From positions 80,007 through 144,006 of IMG/VR virus record IMGVR_UViG_3300045125_000085: 64,000 nt of DNA; one strand, 5' to 3'. Of the stretch, positions 1 through 13,481 are shown piece by piece. Position 1 is the first letter of the stretch, and each line of letters starts with the position of its first letter. This stretch comes from a virus. The notes under the pieces were generated by a model, which saw nothing but the letters and a program-made list of their open reading frames with translations, did no database searches and was not told where the DNA came from. A program made the position numbers and the translations under genes.

Positions 1-905
1 GGTCCAGGCGGTATTTGAAAGTTACCAATAAACTGCTGGCTGACATTCGGTGCATTACTACTGACATAAGGGTGACCAGCATCACTATTCGCTATTTCCA
101 TCATGCCGTTGACACTACCGTTCCTAGAGGCAGCATTAGCTAAAGCTCCACCGAGCTGATAGCGCTGACCAGGATTCTCTACCTGACTACTGACGGACTG
201 ATAGACATTAGGTAAATTAGCTCGCATGCCTAGATTACCCATAGAGTATAAGGCTCGTTGTTGATTAGCAGGACTGTAGACTTTCCTAGGACTATCGCTA
301 TTATCGCCGCCTGTGAAACTATCGAGCAGACTAGAGACATCACTGCCGCCCATCATACTACCAGCTACACTAGCTAGCTCTTTACCTTGGCTGATGAGGT
401 TACTGATACCTTCTTTACCACCGAAGCTATCGAGTAATCCGCCACCACCAGCACCTTCTAAGAAGTCGAGCTTGACAGCGCCGGAGAGTTCTTTAAAAGC
501 ACCTATGTCGAAGTTCCCACTCATTAAGCTAGAGCCGATCTTATCTAAGTTGAGATCAGACAGCTTATCGAAATCAATCACACTAGAGAGCTGATCCTTA
601 GCGCCACGGATCATCTCACCGACACTGCCTAAGCTATCTAAGCTAAAGCCGCCTTCACCGCCCAACATGCCTTTGACGCTATCCATGATCCCAGTAGACT
701 CAGCGAGACTCACTGAGGCTACCCATGATATCGCCGCCATTCATTATAGATGAGACGGCTTCACCTAGACCACCTAAAGCACCGGAGTGCGCCACCACCC
801 ATGGCTTGGCTAAACACACCGGAGTCAGCGGCGGCTCAGAAAGTCCATACTCGGTATATTAGTCTCTTTGTCTAAAAACTCAAAACGATTCGCTGCTATA
901 GCCAT
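1..905 (-). CDS. Gly/Ser-rich putative virion structural protein (frameshifted, runs off window start)
   Basis: ATG at about 905 behind GAGG (MAIAANRFEFLDKETNIP...). The minus-strand reading is S/G/L/D-rich; the + strand ORF 313-594 is its shadow. Confidence 0.45.
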
Positions 906-929
906 AGCTACCTCGATAAAAAAAAACAT

Positions 930-990
930 CACAGCATTAAGCAAAAAATAATCCACATCCTAGAGGAGCCCGTAAGCCCCTCCAAGATGC
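930..990 (-). terminator. intrinsic terminator of early gene
   Basis: GAGGGGC-TTACG-GGCTCCTC hairpin on the minus strand followed by T-runs. Similar terminators lie at about 37630, 45200, 50860 and 55585. Confidence 0.6.
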
Positions 991-1050
991 AGACTATTTA
1001 GAGCTTACTTATCAGCGAGATCGCCGTAAAAGCTCTAGTTGTCTCGGCCG

Positions 1051-1460
1051 TCAAGGCCGTAAAATCCTCCACATATTTCTCGTCAAATATGTGGTAACGT
1101 CTTCCTTACGACTTAAGCCATCCTTGGCCATACGGCGATCCAGCTTCCATGCCAGACGGAAGATTTTCATCCATGAGGTCAAACCGCTCTGCAGTTTGCT
1201 AAAGAAACGGTAGCAAGATTCATGGTGCCAAACCATGAATTTGATATACCGATTCACCGCATGTACTACAGATGACTTGATGCTGTCTGCTGCGGCATCT
1301 ATCTCACGGCATTTTGCCAGTACTTTCATACCTTCTACGGTACTGGTCAAGCTGTCCTTTTTGCCGGTTTTCCATCCAAGCATGAATGCATCCCGCATTG
1401 CTTTACAACCATGATTACGAAAATGAAGACCTTGCGAACGAAAGCGAAGAAACTGTTCAT
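1051..1460 (-). CDS. early hypothetical protein (frameshift near N-terminus)
   Basis: GGAGG-N6-ATG at 1460 behind the conserved early leader; ORF 1051-1467 supplies the body. Confidence 0.55.
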
Positions 1461-1590
1461 AGCACACCTCCTAAGGTATGGTAATAAGTCCATACAGCTG
1501 AACGACCGTATAGACTGGAAAGGGTGAATGATCTAGCCACCAGTAGGCTAAGATCATCTTTAATATATGGGATTATGTTTTTCTGCACTT
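1461..1590 (-). promoter_or_regulatory. early promoter plus two-hairpin leader
   Basis: GTGCA...CATATATTA, then TGATCTTAGCCTACTGGTGGCTAGATCA (1529-1556), a second hairpin (about 1487-1516) and GGAGG. Confidence 0.75.
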
Positions 1591-2130
1591 TAAACTAGAG
1601 CTTTAGCTAGTTTACTCCACATAAATGCCTTTACCGATATCGATAAACTGCAGCAACTCTCGCATCTGGTCATACGTAGCAGTCAGGTTAAATAGCGTCT
1701 CATCCATAGTCTCGTCTAGGACTAGTACGCGTATCCACATAGATCATCCATGCTGATGCGGTATAAGTCTTTACTATCAGGAAACCGAAATAGCTTAAAG
1801 CCATGATACTGCTTAGCGACACATTCTTTTAAACAACTACTTAAAGCCGCCATGATCGTCCACGGCAATGACCAGACTGCATACTGCGTACCAGTCTGTT
1901 TTACTTTAAACTCTACGCCATGACTGATCTATACGTAGAGTATGCTGACGGTGCTTAATAATCGTTTTCATAGGTAAAGGCTCCGGATGGTCTATAAATA
2001 AAAAAGTGGCATAGCAGAGAGTGCTATCACAGCACTCTCTGCATCTCATTTTAAGGTGCTACTTCAGCACCGTGATCTCAACTCATCCTGATAACGCATC
2101 CTAGCAGAGCTCGATCAGCTCTGCTCCTCA

Positions 2131-2693
2131 TTATCCTGCAGACTGACAGCCTAGCTTAGGTTTAGGAAACTTTAAGCAATCAAGTATGCTCAGATTCAGC
2201 CTATTCTTGAGGAACTCAAAACTAGGTAAGCGATCCTCACGTAATGCTTTCCTGATTTCATCAAAGCCTAGTATTAACCAAGGCCCGCAGTCTGGACGTA
2301 TCCGTACGCCATCTTCACGCTTATAGATGTAGTAACATTCTAGCTTTGAGCTCACAGTCCTTAAGAGCCTCAGCCCATTGCGGATACTGCTGGAGCTTTT
2401 GCCAGTTTGCATCCATGATGATTTCTCTGAAGTTAAATACTTCAGCTCTAGTCAGCTTACGTTCAAAGTTACGTAAGCGTCTGCCCACTAGACAGACTCC
2501 TTATCTCATCACAGCGTTCTGCTGATAAGACGTATTTCCAAAAGGTCTCGATAGAGCAGAATCTACCTAAGACATTATGGACAAACGGAGCTTGTGTACG
2601 CTGATCCAGAAACTGGCCGAGATCAGTACTACCGCGGTTCCAAATATTCAAGTGATCGACGCCGTCTTCACCCAAGGTCATCGGTGACGGCAT
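2131..2693 (-). CDS. NADAR/gp30.3-like phage protein (frameshifted)
   Basis: DGVDHLNIWNRGSTDLGQFL...PFVHNVLGRFCSIETFWKYV resembles the DGxxHINI..G.T.LG..L...PF..G.F.S.E.FW pattern; it probably continues in ORF 2131-2412. Confidence 0.45.
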
Positions 2694-2829
2694 CGGTGTC
2701 CTTATAAGGGTTATGGCGTCGAGTACGACGCTGTCCAGACCCTCTAAAGTCTGCTATTTGCCCCAGACCCTTGAAGTCTGGAGTATAAAGTTCATTTCGC
2801 ATAATTAAGCTCCAGGTAAGTCACACGAT

Positions 2830-3379
2830 ATCCCTTATGGCTCAGGCATTTCTTGCTGGTAAGTATATGCGTCAGAGAGGTGAAAGAACAGATAGATCAT
2901 TACCAATACTAGCAACCAGTGATTTTGTTTCAGCAAGGCGTCGCAGTATTCGTACTCTACTCGTAATTGCTCCTGGATAGGCTGAGGTATCAAGCAGGTG
3001 TCGGTGTCCTTATTGTCCTCGGGTTCAAAATACAGCCCGCCGGGCTAATACGCCACGTAACTGTATCATCATGCCATTCCAATTAGGACAGATTGATCTG
3101 TACCTGCTTAGTGAGATTCAGCACAAAGTCTCTCAATATCTCATCTTGGAAGATCTGCTCAGTCGTCCTTAATAAACTATCCGGCATGAGCAGCTGGTAT
3201 AGTCTATTACCGTAATACCACTGATAGAGAAAATCCATGACGTGTTCTTTATCATCTCTACCGCTAGGGAGTACACGCATGAGCTCTCTATCTAGTAACG
3301 CGATGATCAACTCACCGGCTTCAGCGAAACTAGGAGCCTGGGTAGTGACGCTATAGATGTAATTATTTTTCTCAGTCAT
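2830..3379 (-). CDS. conserved jumbo-phage hypothetical protein (frameshifted)
   Basis: ORF 3083-3379 with an apparent continuation in another frame. Confidence 0.45.
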
Positions 3380-3399
3380 GATGGTGCTCCCTCATCGGT

Positions 3400-3821
3400 C
3401 GTATCAGTGGTGTCGGGTGTAGAGCATCTCTTCATCGCTCATGATGTCTAAAGCGACGACGATATCATGCTCCGTGATAGTCTTTGTTATGGTGGTGGAG
3501 TCGTATCACCAGCTCGAACTTAGGGATATTCAGAAAGCGCATCGCTTTAATAAATACCCGCCAAGTCTATAGTGCTCTTAAACAGTTCCTTCTTTAAATT
3601 CCCTCTAGCTCGTGACCTATCCTTGACATCGCCGATTCTGGCGTTGCGAGGATTCATCAGAAAAGACTCCATCAGCCTATGAAACTGATTTTCTTCTTAT
3701 TCGCAGATCAAACAAGATCTTCTGGAATAAAGCTGCTAAGACACTATCGACACCGCCACTCTGAGGTACGGTACCGATTTGATGTGCCTTATCGCCGTAA
3801 GGTATGTTTATGAAATGACAT
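3400..3821 (-). CDS. conserved phiKZ-like hypothetical protein (frameshifted)
   Basis: Translated by hand: ...ARGNLKKEL...TWRVFIKAMRFLNIPKFELVI; AGGAG precedes ATG at 3821. Confidence 0.5.
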
Positions 3822-3914
3822 ACTTAACTCCTAGGTCGAAGACTACTCTTAAGGTAGTCGGGTCGTGATATGTGCTCTTTAAATAAAGAGCACGGCCAGT
3901 GATAGGTCGTTATA

Positions 3915-4413
3915 TTAGACTGCTTCAAACAGCGCTAATAATGAGACCGTGTTGTTTAATAAGACATCGAGGACTTGCAGCGTATGGGCTTGACGACTAC
4001 CGACGACTGCTTCACAACTACGATACTGCACGATAAAGGCAGTAGCGGCAGTCTGCCATTCTTCTATAGCTCGGACAGGATCGATATACTGACCATATGC
4101 ATCTAAGAAGAACTCCCACAACGCTATAGATTGCAGAGAGTTATTATAGACATGCGGCATGAGTCCGATATCGTCACTGAGCGCCGTCGTCGCTATTTCT
4201 AAATGGAACGTATATGCTTCTATAGTAGTGAATAATACACTTGCATCGCCAGAGCCTATACTCAGGATCATAGATCCGGCTGAAATGATCAGCACGGATA
4301 CTTTCTACACTGTACAGACCTTGATCGGTCAGGTGCGGTAAAGCGAGTAGTGGTGGAGTGGATTTACCCACCCACTGCAGACATCGCTTTAAGAGTCGAT
4401 GAGCCATGCACAT
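3915..4413 (-). CDS. hypothetical protein (frameshifted)
   Basis: Overlapping ORFs 4174-4413 and 3915-4295. Confidence 0.45.
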
Positions 4414-4897
4414 GGCTATATCCTCAAGATTACTATATAAGTTTGATTTTTTTAGGAGCTGTCTTTTTATGACTACTGATACACTCTACGCAGACGATGA
4501 TGCGCTCATCCTGCAGCACACCAAAAACATACGCTTTAAAGATCGTCGATCACTTTACTAGCGAAAATGGCTCATTGCCGCGTAATCAAGGTGAATGGGC
4601 TGCACTGCATCCAAGCCCTAGATGGCTTAGATCGTACTGTGTTTACTAAAGCTAAACTCAAGTCAGACGAACAAAACCAACAACAACGCCAGCAAGTACT
4701 CGACGTAGTCTGCTGTAGCTCCAGCGTACGGAAGTACAGGCATCGTTGCCACCTGTCCGTACGCAGGATTTACCCGATCTACCTACTGACTATACAGTAG
4801 TACCTGTACCGGGTGAGACCGATATCGGCTTACATGACTTAAACTACATGAGCAGTTCATGAGTGCTCAAGAATAAATCTTAGCAGAGGTAGACTCC

Positions 4898-5675
4898 TTA
4901 AGTGGAGTCTCCCTTAGGCGTAGACTCAGGCTGTGGAAAACCATCGGCTTTTTCCATGACCGCCATCGTCTCTTCAAACGCTATTGAGAAATAGCGCACG
5001 GGTAATAATGTCAGCTGAATTAGCGGTCCTGCTATTTGCTCCATCGCTTCAAACGGTGACATCTTTAAAGCCTGTGACTCAGCTACCGCCGTATCACTAG
5101 GGCGGTCCATTAAAGTACAGAGCAGGACCCATCAAAGTCACTTCAGGGCAAGTCGTCTTTTTCCACTGACCATTTAAGCTGTGGTGTTCTAACCACTCTG
5201 GATAACGGTACAGGACTAAGACGCTACATTCTTTTGACCCAAGCGGGATTCAGCTGATCGTAGTCATAGCGAACGATCTGTATATCACAGACTTGCTTGA
5301 CCGCACTAGCGACTGCACGCACTATGATTTCTTGCTCAGTATCCGTCAGCTCGTACGGATACATATTGATCATGATCTTAGGCGTGTATTGATAAGGTCC
5401 TTGTACGCCTTGCTTTAAGGTCTCGTGTACAAACTCTTTACATAACCGTACCATCGGTGTCAGTACACTATTCTTTAAAGTCTGTCTATCCCTAGAGCGA
5501 TAAACTTTCTCAAAGAGCTCTTGATTGACAGGAAACTCATCGGTCCAGCGATCTAAGTAACCTTTGCGTAAGACAGTCTCAGCGGTTTCTGAATCTATCA
5601 GAAATAAAGTCGCTAAACGTGTATCGAGCAGACAATCTAGCTCGATGCATAGTAAAGAAGTAAAGGTGTCAGACA
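4898..5675 (-). CDS. conserved phiKZ-like hypothetical protein (ELDCLLDTR motif; frameshifted)
   Basis: ORFs 5224-5709 and 4898-5110; lies next to the vRNAP subunit as in the family core block. Confidence 0.55.
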
Positions 5676-5754
5676 TATCAGCCTCATGGTAATGACAGTG
5701 ACCCCACACATCACAGGCCCCTGAGCAGTATCGACTGCTCAGGGGCCTTATGCG

Positions 5755-6441
5755 CTACAGGGTGTTAGAGAGATGCATTGCCTTTAAAAAGGTACTGGAC
5801 CGTCCGGGTGGATTCGACTCCTCCGGCATAATGACTTAAAAGTCTTCTAGGTTAGCGCTACCGTGCCGATTGATCATGGCATTGAGCGCACGTCGCCCTT
5901 TTCGTATCACCGCCTCTATACTTAAATAGCTCAGTGACCGATTTGTCCAGACCCATAGCCGTCATTACTTGTAGCTCTGGGAAAGAGATCTTAGCACCAC
6001 GTCTGGCTTCACCTGTGGGTTGGCCTGAGAGTATGTCTGAAGTCTTATCGGACTCTTGTACTGATAACTTCTTGACTAGCATCTGAGAGGCACGTCGTAA
6101 CGGCATGTCGATCACCATGTACTTGACAGGTGTCAGATGGGTAGGGATGCCATCATGCTCACCTATCCATAGCCTCTGAAAGAAATCATGACCTAACTTT
6201 TTAGCGACTGCTATATTCCTCTCTAAAGTCGGTGAAGCTCCGAAGTTAGGCATCGTTAAAGTCAGGCACTTTTACCAGTCGCTAGATCATCGATGAACTG
6301 TTTAAACTCAGCTTCACTGATTTTATCAAAGTAAGCTTTATACAACTCAGTCGTAGGTCCTTTCGGTACCATAGCTTCTAAGCATTGCAGGATAAACTGT
6401 TCAGTCTTTTGTCTAGCAGGAGATTTAGCTATGGTGCTCAT
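5755..6441 (-). CDS. virion RNA polymerase beta subunit, C-terminal part (phiKZ gp149-like; frameshifted)
   Basis: RRASQMLVKKLSV...DILSGQPTGEARRGAKISFPELQV matches the RpoB C-terminal T.QP..G....G....GEME region; N-terminus MSTIAKSPARQKTEQFIL. Confidence 0.8.
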
Positions 6442-6803
6442 GGCCTAAAGCCTTCGGTAAACGATGCAAAGCAGCGAATGGCAGTACCGTATCGCCTACT
6501 AACTTTTGCCAGTCATTGATTTCACCTTGGTAGATCAAGCAATAACGCTCATTGATAGATACAGCAGGACACGCCATCAGTTGCAGGTTCCAAAACTGAT
6601 TCAGCATATGCCAGCTGCACCCGACTGTTCTTATCTCTGGCCTCGATGATGTAATGGCTAGTATCGTAGTTATTGACGACCTCGTCAGCTAGACCTGCCT
6701 CTAGCAATCGGTCTCGCATCCAGCTCACCAGATCGACCTCCTCAGGGGTACGTGGAGCATGGTAGTCCTGTACTCCTTGAATATACTGCGCATTAGAAAG
6801 CAT
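6425..6803 (-). CDS. hypothetical protein (frameshifted)
   Basis: ORFs 6549-6803 and 6425-6607. Confidence 0.45.
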
Positions 6804-6846
6804 AAAGCTAAATCCTCACACTTAAAGAAACATAGAAAGAGCACGC

Positions 6847-8284
6847 CTAGCGCGCTCTCGGTAATTTATCATCGCCAGCCCAGTACGGTGAGTACAGGCC
6901 CTTACGCATACGGAGTAAATCCATAGTGCTTAAAAATGGCACAGGGTGCTGATCATTATTGACAGTCCACCAGCCTCTAGTACTCAAGAGTACGTCCCAG
7001 TCCCAGCCGAGCTTAATCAAATCCTCAAATAATTGCTGAGGTGTGCACAGTATGTCTTCATCTTTTAAGTAGCGCCAGTAGTGATGCATCTGAGCCAGCT
7101 CTGCCGTGATATTCATGGCACGCCTTAATTTAGCATCTTGATTAAGCTTACTGCGGACACTCGGACGTGAGAGCTTGAGTGACGGATAGAGATCCAAACT
7201 ATAATTGGAGTTACTGCCACTGATACCCGAAGCGATCGCACTGATCTTTCAGGTAATGAAACTCACTCAAGCTAGGTAATACGCCTTCAGTCTGACTAAC
7301 GATGAGGTTAAGTACAAAGCCCGTCATACCGGATTTACCACGCAGCTGCCGTAAGCTGACTTGATTTAAATCTAAGTCACCCGGCATCTGGTCGTCAGCA
7401 GTCGAGAGGATACTCAGGGCCTTTAGTGCTTTGATTCAGTAAAGGTGAGGCATTATACGCATGCCAGCAATTACTCATCAAAAAGAAAAACTGATCAGTG
7501 ACGCCTTTGATCTTATCACCATTCTTTAAATGCTGTAACTTCTTAACTGGTGCTTGTGGGATAGGACCGGTAGCGATATTCAGGTCTTTACCCATATGAG
7601 CTGTCAGCAGCACATAATGCTGCGCTCTCGCAGCGTGTAGCAGGGATCTCCATCATGAACCTAGTCTTAGCTAAGCCTTGACGCATGTGGATCACATTGC
7701 CACCACTATCACCTAACAGATTATCTTCTTGGATCTTAGCGATATTCTCAGTTTCAAACAAAGTAAAACTGTCAATGCTAGTATAGGTAGGTACGAGTAT
7801 TTCAAACAGCTTACCATTCTTAGCAAGAAACGGAGTAGGGACTGTGAGCTTCTTAGCGTTATCGCGCTTATCCCTAAGAAATTGTTTTAAGATCTCGTAC
7901 CAAGGATCAGCATAGTATTGCGTCTTATCGCTCAGTAGCCAGGTACCTTCTTCGACTATGTCTTTATCTTTAAAGCTCTCGAACTTCTGTGAGATACGCA
8001 GCCATGCGTGACGGCTGACGATTTAACTCTGTATCGTACGTCGTCCCTGAGGTCTCAGTGCTACAGGCGATCCTATCCATAGCTGATAGCATCATGTAAT
8101 CCATCACAGTAGATTTGAAGTTATTGCCGATACCGACGACTCCCGTCAGTAAGCTGAGTCCGCCATTGATGATGCTTTCACCGTGGATACCGAGGACACT
8201 GTGGCCGGTCGGGATATCGAGTCCTGCGCCGACATTGATCATGACTTTGTATTCAGGGGCGGGATCGAATTTTGGTCGTAACAT
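6847..8284 (-). CDS. uvsX: RecA/UvsX-like recombinase (phiKZ gp152-like; several frameshifts)
   Basis: INVGAGLDIPTG...GGLSLLTGVVGIGNNFKST (Walker A), YDTE, LLTAHMG and the C-terminal FLSTMDLLRM...YSPYW typical of phiKZ-like RecA. Confidence 0.8.
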
Positions 8285-8429
8285 AAATATGCTCCGTCGA
8301 GTGAGTATGGGGGTCACACTATCAGTCTCCACCCAGACTATTTTATATGTGTATGCCTGAGGCGGCGTTTAATGCTATGATTACTCTGGCCGCTTAGGTC
8401 ATCGTCTTTACACGGCACACGAGGTCCGT

Positions 8430-9442
8430 ATGAAACCTACTTTATTTTCGGCCGATTCGGTGTCGGTGTCGCTGGAAACCCAGATGGCACAGCTCGCCTT
8501 AGAGGCACAGTTTATGCAGAATGTGACGGATCTGTTCCGGAACATAGTCCCGTCTTTTAAAGCTAGATTGCAGCAGCTGCATCAGCAGCTCACTGGTTTT
8601 ACTCAGAAAGATGCAGCGCAAGATCTCATAGCTAACTATGACAATAAGATGGCTTATGCCCATCGCTTCGATAAACGTACTCAGACGGCTTTAGATAATG
8701 CCAAGCACTTAGATCTACTGATCTTTGGCGAACACATCATCACTATCCCTGAGAACTTCAAAGGCAGCCTGCCCGTATACACGACTACCTCTGAGACAGA
8801 CTGTTAGAGACTGGCTTACGGCATCAGTCTTTACTCGATACTTTCAATCAGCAACTCTCAGCTTTCATTAACAACCCAGAGCAACGCAGCTCCGTCACTG
8901 GTAATGTGAGCTTCGCTGAATCGAGTAATCAAAGCGCCGTCTTAAAGGAATACCGTGAGCAGTCTACTAAGACTTTAAAGACTTTCTTCGGTAAGGATAC
9001 TGGCATCTCTAAAGCACCTTTGAAAAATGTCCTAGAGCGTTTCGCTGATTTAGAAGCACTCATCGTGCAGATGCAGATGATGGCTCACTTCTTAGATGTG
9101 AAAATACTCCACAGCTATCAAGAAAAGATCCAGCAGATGATCCAGCTACTCGACATCATCATGGATCAGTACCGTAAAGGTACGGTCACTACTGTCTCGC
9201 CTAAAGTCGCTATGACTCTTTCGCAAAATGTCTACGATGTCGCTCAGTATGTAGAGTTCGTAGCACTACTCCAGTATGACGGTAGAGTCTGCTTAAACGT
9301 CGTCGATAGGATCATAGAAGGTCTAGCTAAACCCGATGAATGGAAAGCAGCTAATCCACGACAAGGCTTTGATGAACCTAAGCAATCTAAATGGTTCGTA
9401 GGCTTACAGAATCTCTGGCAGTACGTCCACCAGGGCGCATGA
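8430..9442 (+). CDS. internal head/ejection protein (frameshifted)
   Basis: N-terminal SLE/ALE motifs fit the phiKZ prohead-protease S/A/G-X-E sites; ORFs 8430-8807 and 8906-9442. Confidence 0.6.
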
Positions 9443-9529
9443 TCGTATACTTAGTCGGCATAAAGACACTGTGAGTCTACTCTAGCTTTTGAGCAGACTC
9501 ACAGTGTGATAGGGGCATGTATGCTATCG

Positions 9530-9970
9530 TCTTATCCAGCTAGCGGACTAGCTGTTTTTTGATCTAAGATACTACGATAGAGTACTTGTAGATCACCGGC
9601 TACTTCATCAGTAGATCCATAGACCATGTAGTCAGGCGCGCTCTTAATCAGGTTCCTCGCTAAATTATAAAAGTCAGGCGGACCATCAGTCTGGCTGACA
9701 GTAACAGGCAACCTGCCGCCACATCCATTGGTACTTGACTAAAGGAAACTCAATAGCTGCAGGATCGTGAGCTAAATTGAGTACTTCGTTGACTTGCTCT
9801 AAAGCAGTTTTATCAGGCTCTTTCATCCAATCCAAGACACCTAACGTCGAAGCAATAAAGATCAACCTCTTAAAGCGTTTAGGTAAGTAACTGTGTAAAG
9901 CTTGGCTTAACCATTGCTTCCAACGTGGTAGCGGTTGATTATAATCAATGGGCTCGACTAAGACATTCAT
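9530..9970 (-). CDS. hypothetical protein
   Basis: ORF 9686-9970 plus a frameshifted continuation. Confidence 0.4.
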
Positions 9971-10108
9971 GACTGAGACCTCAGGTAGAAGAAAGACAGC
10001 GATATCGCATAAAGGCTGTAACAGCGACGATACCGGCGTAGGATGAAAGACTGTAGGAGTCCTTTTTTGCTAAGAAAGTATCCGCATAGTCATAAGACAC
10101 TACAGTCT

Positions 10109-11608
10109 TTAAGACTCTTCGGTCGGTAGTATATTACGGTTTGCAAAAAAGTTCGACCAGATGCCGACCCCTGACAGGGTTTCGATAACGCAAGCGTACC
10201 GAAGGCTGTAGGGTGATTCAAACCACGTCAACAGCGTGACCTTCGGTTCGAGCGTTTCCAAGTTCTTAAGATGATTACGCGATGGTAGATCCGCACCTAG
10301 TAATAGAGGGATCTGGATCGAGAGTGACTTTATAGCTGTCTGGATAGCTATGGTCACAGAGACATCACGATGACCGACTGCATAGTCTGATTTTAAAGTC
10401 ATCGTGGCCGGTTTCGATTTCGTCGCAGGGACAGGTGTGTAAAACACCTCAGTCAGATCATGGCATTGTAAGCCGGTCGCAGTCACTGCATCCTGTAGCT
10501 CAGGGTTAGCAGCTATAGCCAAATAACGATCTAACAATTCGTCTAAAGAGCCGAAGTTTTCGATCGCACGCAAGGACAGACCGCCGAGCCTTAGCTCGAT
10601 GGTGAGTGGTTCGTCATCAACGAGTTGATACCGAGAGATCCGCGATTATTATTCAGTAAGGCATATTTGCCATGCTCTTCAATATAGTGATGGACATCGC
10701 GGTTATAGAGTTTATCCAGCCGCATGAGCATGACTGTATTGACGCTTTGCGATACATCGTACTGATACTGGCGTACAGCCTCGATCACGGGATCGAGTAC
10801 TTTCAGTCTTACTATAGAGTAAGCTGCTTCCGGACTCTTACTACCTATGTACTGATCATCTACCTTAACACCGGGTTCAGCTATATAGTAGTGGCCTAAA
10901 GTGTTATGGTTAGGGTTAGAGTTGAAGTAGAGACGCTTGAAGGCTATCATGGGATGACGCGGGATTTCATGCTTTCCAGTAACTCTTCTCAGCTCTGACT
11001 TTACACTTGGAGACATAGTAGGCATCTCTAAGCATAGAGTACGCCTATCACCGAGAGTTTATGTGCGAGCTCGTTACCTAGTATCCCTGCATGCCCTCGT
11101 ATCCATTCTACGTGTAAATGGACTCCATTGTCCTTTAAGGTCGTCATAGCCGCCAAGATAGCTAACCAAGTCTCTTGATTAGAGACAGGACTGCCATCTT
11201 GCTTACGCCAATTAGATCGTATCCAGATCGGCAACCAATCCATTACGCCACGGCGTAAGTACTCGCTGTCGGTATAGACTTTGACGTTGCGGACATTATC
11301 GAAGTTGATATGAGTGAGGGCGTAAAGTAATGCATCGATCTCAGCGGCATTATTAGTGACACTGTGCTCATCGGCACCATAGAGATCGTAGTACCTCTTA
11401 AAGTCTTGACTGGTTTATGGACTTGAGTCAACTTATCCGTAGCGATATATCCGGACTCAGTCGTCACATAGCGTCCTGACAATACTTTACTGCCGTCGTA
11501 GTGAGTCGTATAGCGATATCCATGAGCACCCCAGCCAGTCTTACCTGGATTCGGACGTGCAGCACCATCGGTATAGAGGACTATCCCCTCATATTGCGTC
11601 GTAGACAT
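10109..11608 (-). CDS. rnhA: ribonuclease HI with long C-terminal extension (phiKZ gp155-like; frameshifted)
   Basis: LYTDGAARPNPG, NWRKQDGSPVSNQETW, EWIRGHAGILGNELAH; C-terminal YSLRYACVIE...GIWSNFFAN. Confidence 0.85.
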
Positions 11609-11789
11609 TCTATTCCCCATTCTTGTTGTTACGGCTAGTATCGTGTAATGATCTTTTTTACATGAGCCTATCAGCACAGCATCCGCTCCGTCAATCCAGC
11701 TTGCATCTCTGTAATCTGATAGCAAAAAAAGAATGTTCCCTGTGCACTCCAATTTGCACAACATAATATAAAGCCAAGAACAAATATAG

Positions 11790-12122
11790 GCCGTGTGAGC
11801 ATAGGTTCATTTAACCGATTCTGAAGTAGCTGGTTCGTTGCTGCAGCGATTGACTGTAGTCTCTAACTCGTATATCTTACTTTTGCTGTAAGACTGACTG
11901 GTTTTGTAACAGCTCGTAGTTTTGCTGCAGTTGTACGTACTTATAACTGACATGCAGTAAAGCACGTCCAGTCATGACGAGCACTAGTACTAAGACTACC
12001 GTAATGAAGACCTGGATCCAACGTATAGCGTTAAACTGTGGGCTATAGAAATCGAGCTCTGCCTTTTTATTGATGATCAGCTCGGTGATAAAAGGTATGA
12101 TTAGTTTGATTAACTTAAGCAC
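11790..12122 (-). CDS. membrane protein with one TM helix and coiled coil
   Basis: WIQVFITVVLVLVLVMTG followed by Q/L heptads. Confidence 0.5.
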
Positions 12123-12170
12123 GACACCTCACTAATAGTATCCTACACGATTTCGTAAAAGAGAGCTCTT

Positions 12171-13470
12171 ATGTATATTTTAAAAGGATTCGTGACGATC
12201 CAGGACTTTATCAGCAATGATCCAGGAGTCGTATCCTCAGTAGGCGAGATCAGTACCTGGTCTTTGACTTACACTAAATCGCCTAGTGAGATATATACTC
12301 CCAGGCATACCTGGCTATAGGCTAGTCAGTATGCTCAGTAAGGATACGAGCACTGGTGCTATCCCAGTACCTACTAATATAGTCAATGATGTCTTATCTG
12401 TAGTGCGTAGTATCGTCACCTATGCTCAGACTCACTTTATGCCGTATACGCTGAGTGATTTTAGAGATACGATCATGGCTAACTATAGGACGCAGATATC
12501 TCTCAGTTTAAGATGGGGCCTTTAGTCGATCATGGCGAGATCGCTCTACCTGAGTACATCGAGTGGATCAGCTCTACTGTAGCAGGAGCTAAGATACGGA
12601 TATGGTTAGCGGATACAGCTTTCTACAGCAGTATGATGAGTGCTGAGATAGAAGTCATAGCACCTGTGACTAATTTAGACGATCTGTTCGCTAATCCAGC
12701 TACTGCGTATAAAGCCTTAGCTGAATGGCCTATAGATGCACTGATTAAGAAAGCTCAAGTCGTCAAAGCGAGTCATCCAGAGACATTGACGCGTATACTC
12801 TCCTCATCCGTACATCTTTACGGATATAGATACGCCGCTCTATGACTATCCACTGGCCGTTATTGATTTACGGTCAGGCGGGTGATACTATCGACGCTAT
12901 GAAAGAAGCCGTCAATCAGTATGCATTAAATCACTCCACTCATACTCACGATCAGCGGGCACTACGCTCGCCTGAGCTATTTAAGCGGACTGAGTTCATG
13001 ATTTTGCCTAGATGGGATAAGTACAGTATCCCTGATCTAGCCGTAGAGACGGGACTCCATAGCAGCTTAGCTGATCCTTTTGAAGCCGTCAACTTCGCTC
13101 AGCGTGAACTGACCTTCTATCCTAGAGAGTGGATACCTCAGCATCTGACATTTGCACCGCACTTCTATAAGTCATTGATGCTAGTAATAGTCGATGGTCC
13201 TGATAACTTAGCCACTAAAGAACGCTTTAGTGCTTTGTTTCCGACTATCTGCCTATCGCTACTACATCTTTAGACTTTAATCGCATGCAGAAAAATACTA
13301 GGGACTGGTCATTAAAGCTACACGAGATGATCCTCATCTGTAGAAACTATAGACGAGTATACCGTAGTGCCTGAGCAGTATCGTAAACTCCATCGTGATA
13401 ATAAACTTTACCTGGCTTACCTCTATCAGGGTGTCAACTACCTGGTCGCTGCGAAGTCGAACTACCGATA
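12171..13470 (+). CDS. conserved phiKZ-like virion structural protein (frameshifted)
   Basis: Starts MYILKGFVTIQDFISNDPGVVSSVGEISTWSLTY; pieces 12286-13273 include PELFKRTEFMILPRWD. Confidence 0.6.
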
Positions 13471-13481
13471 AGAGGGCGTCA

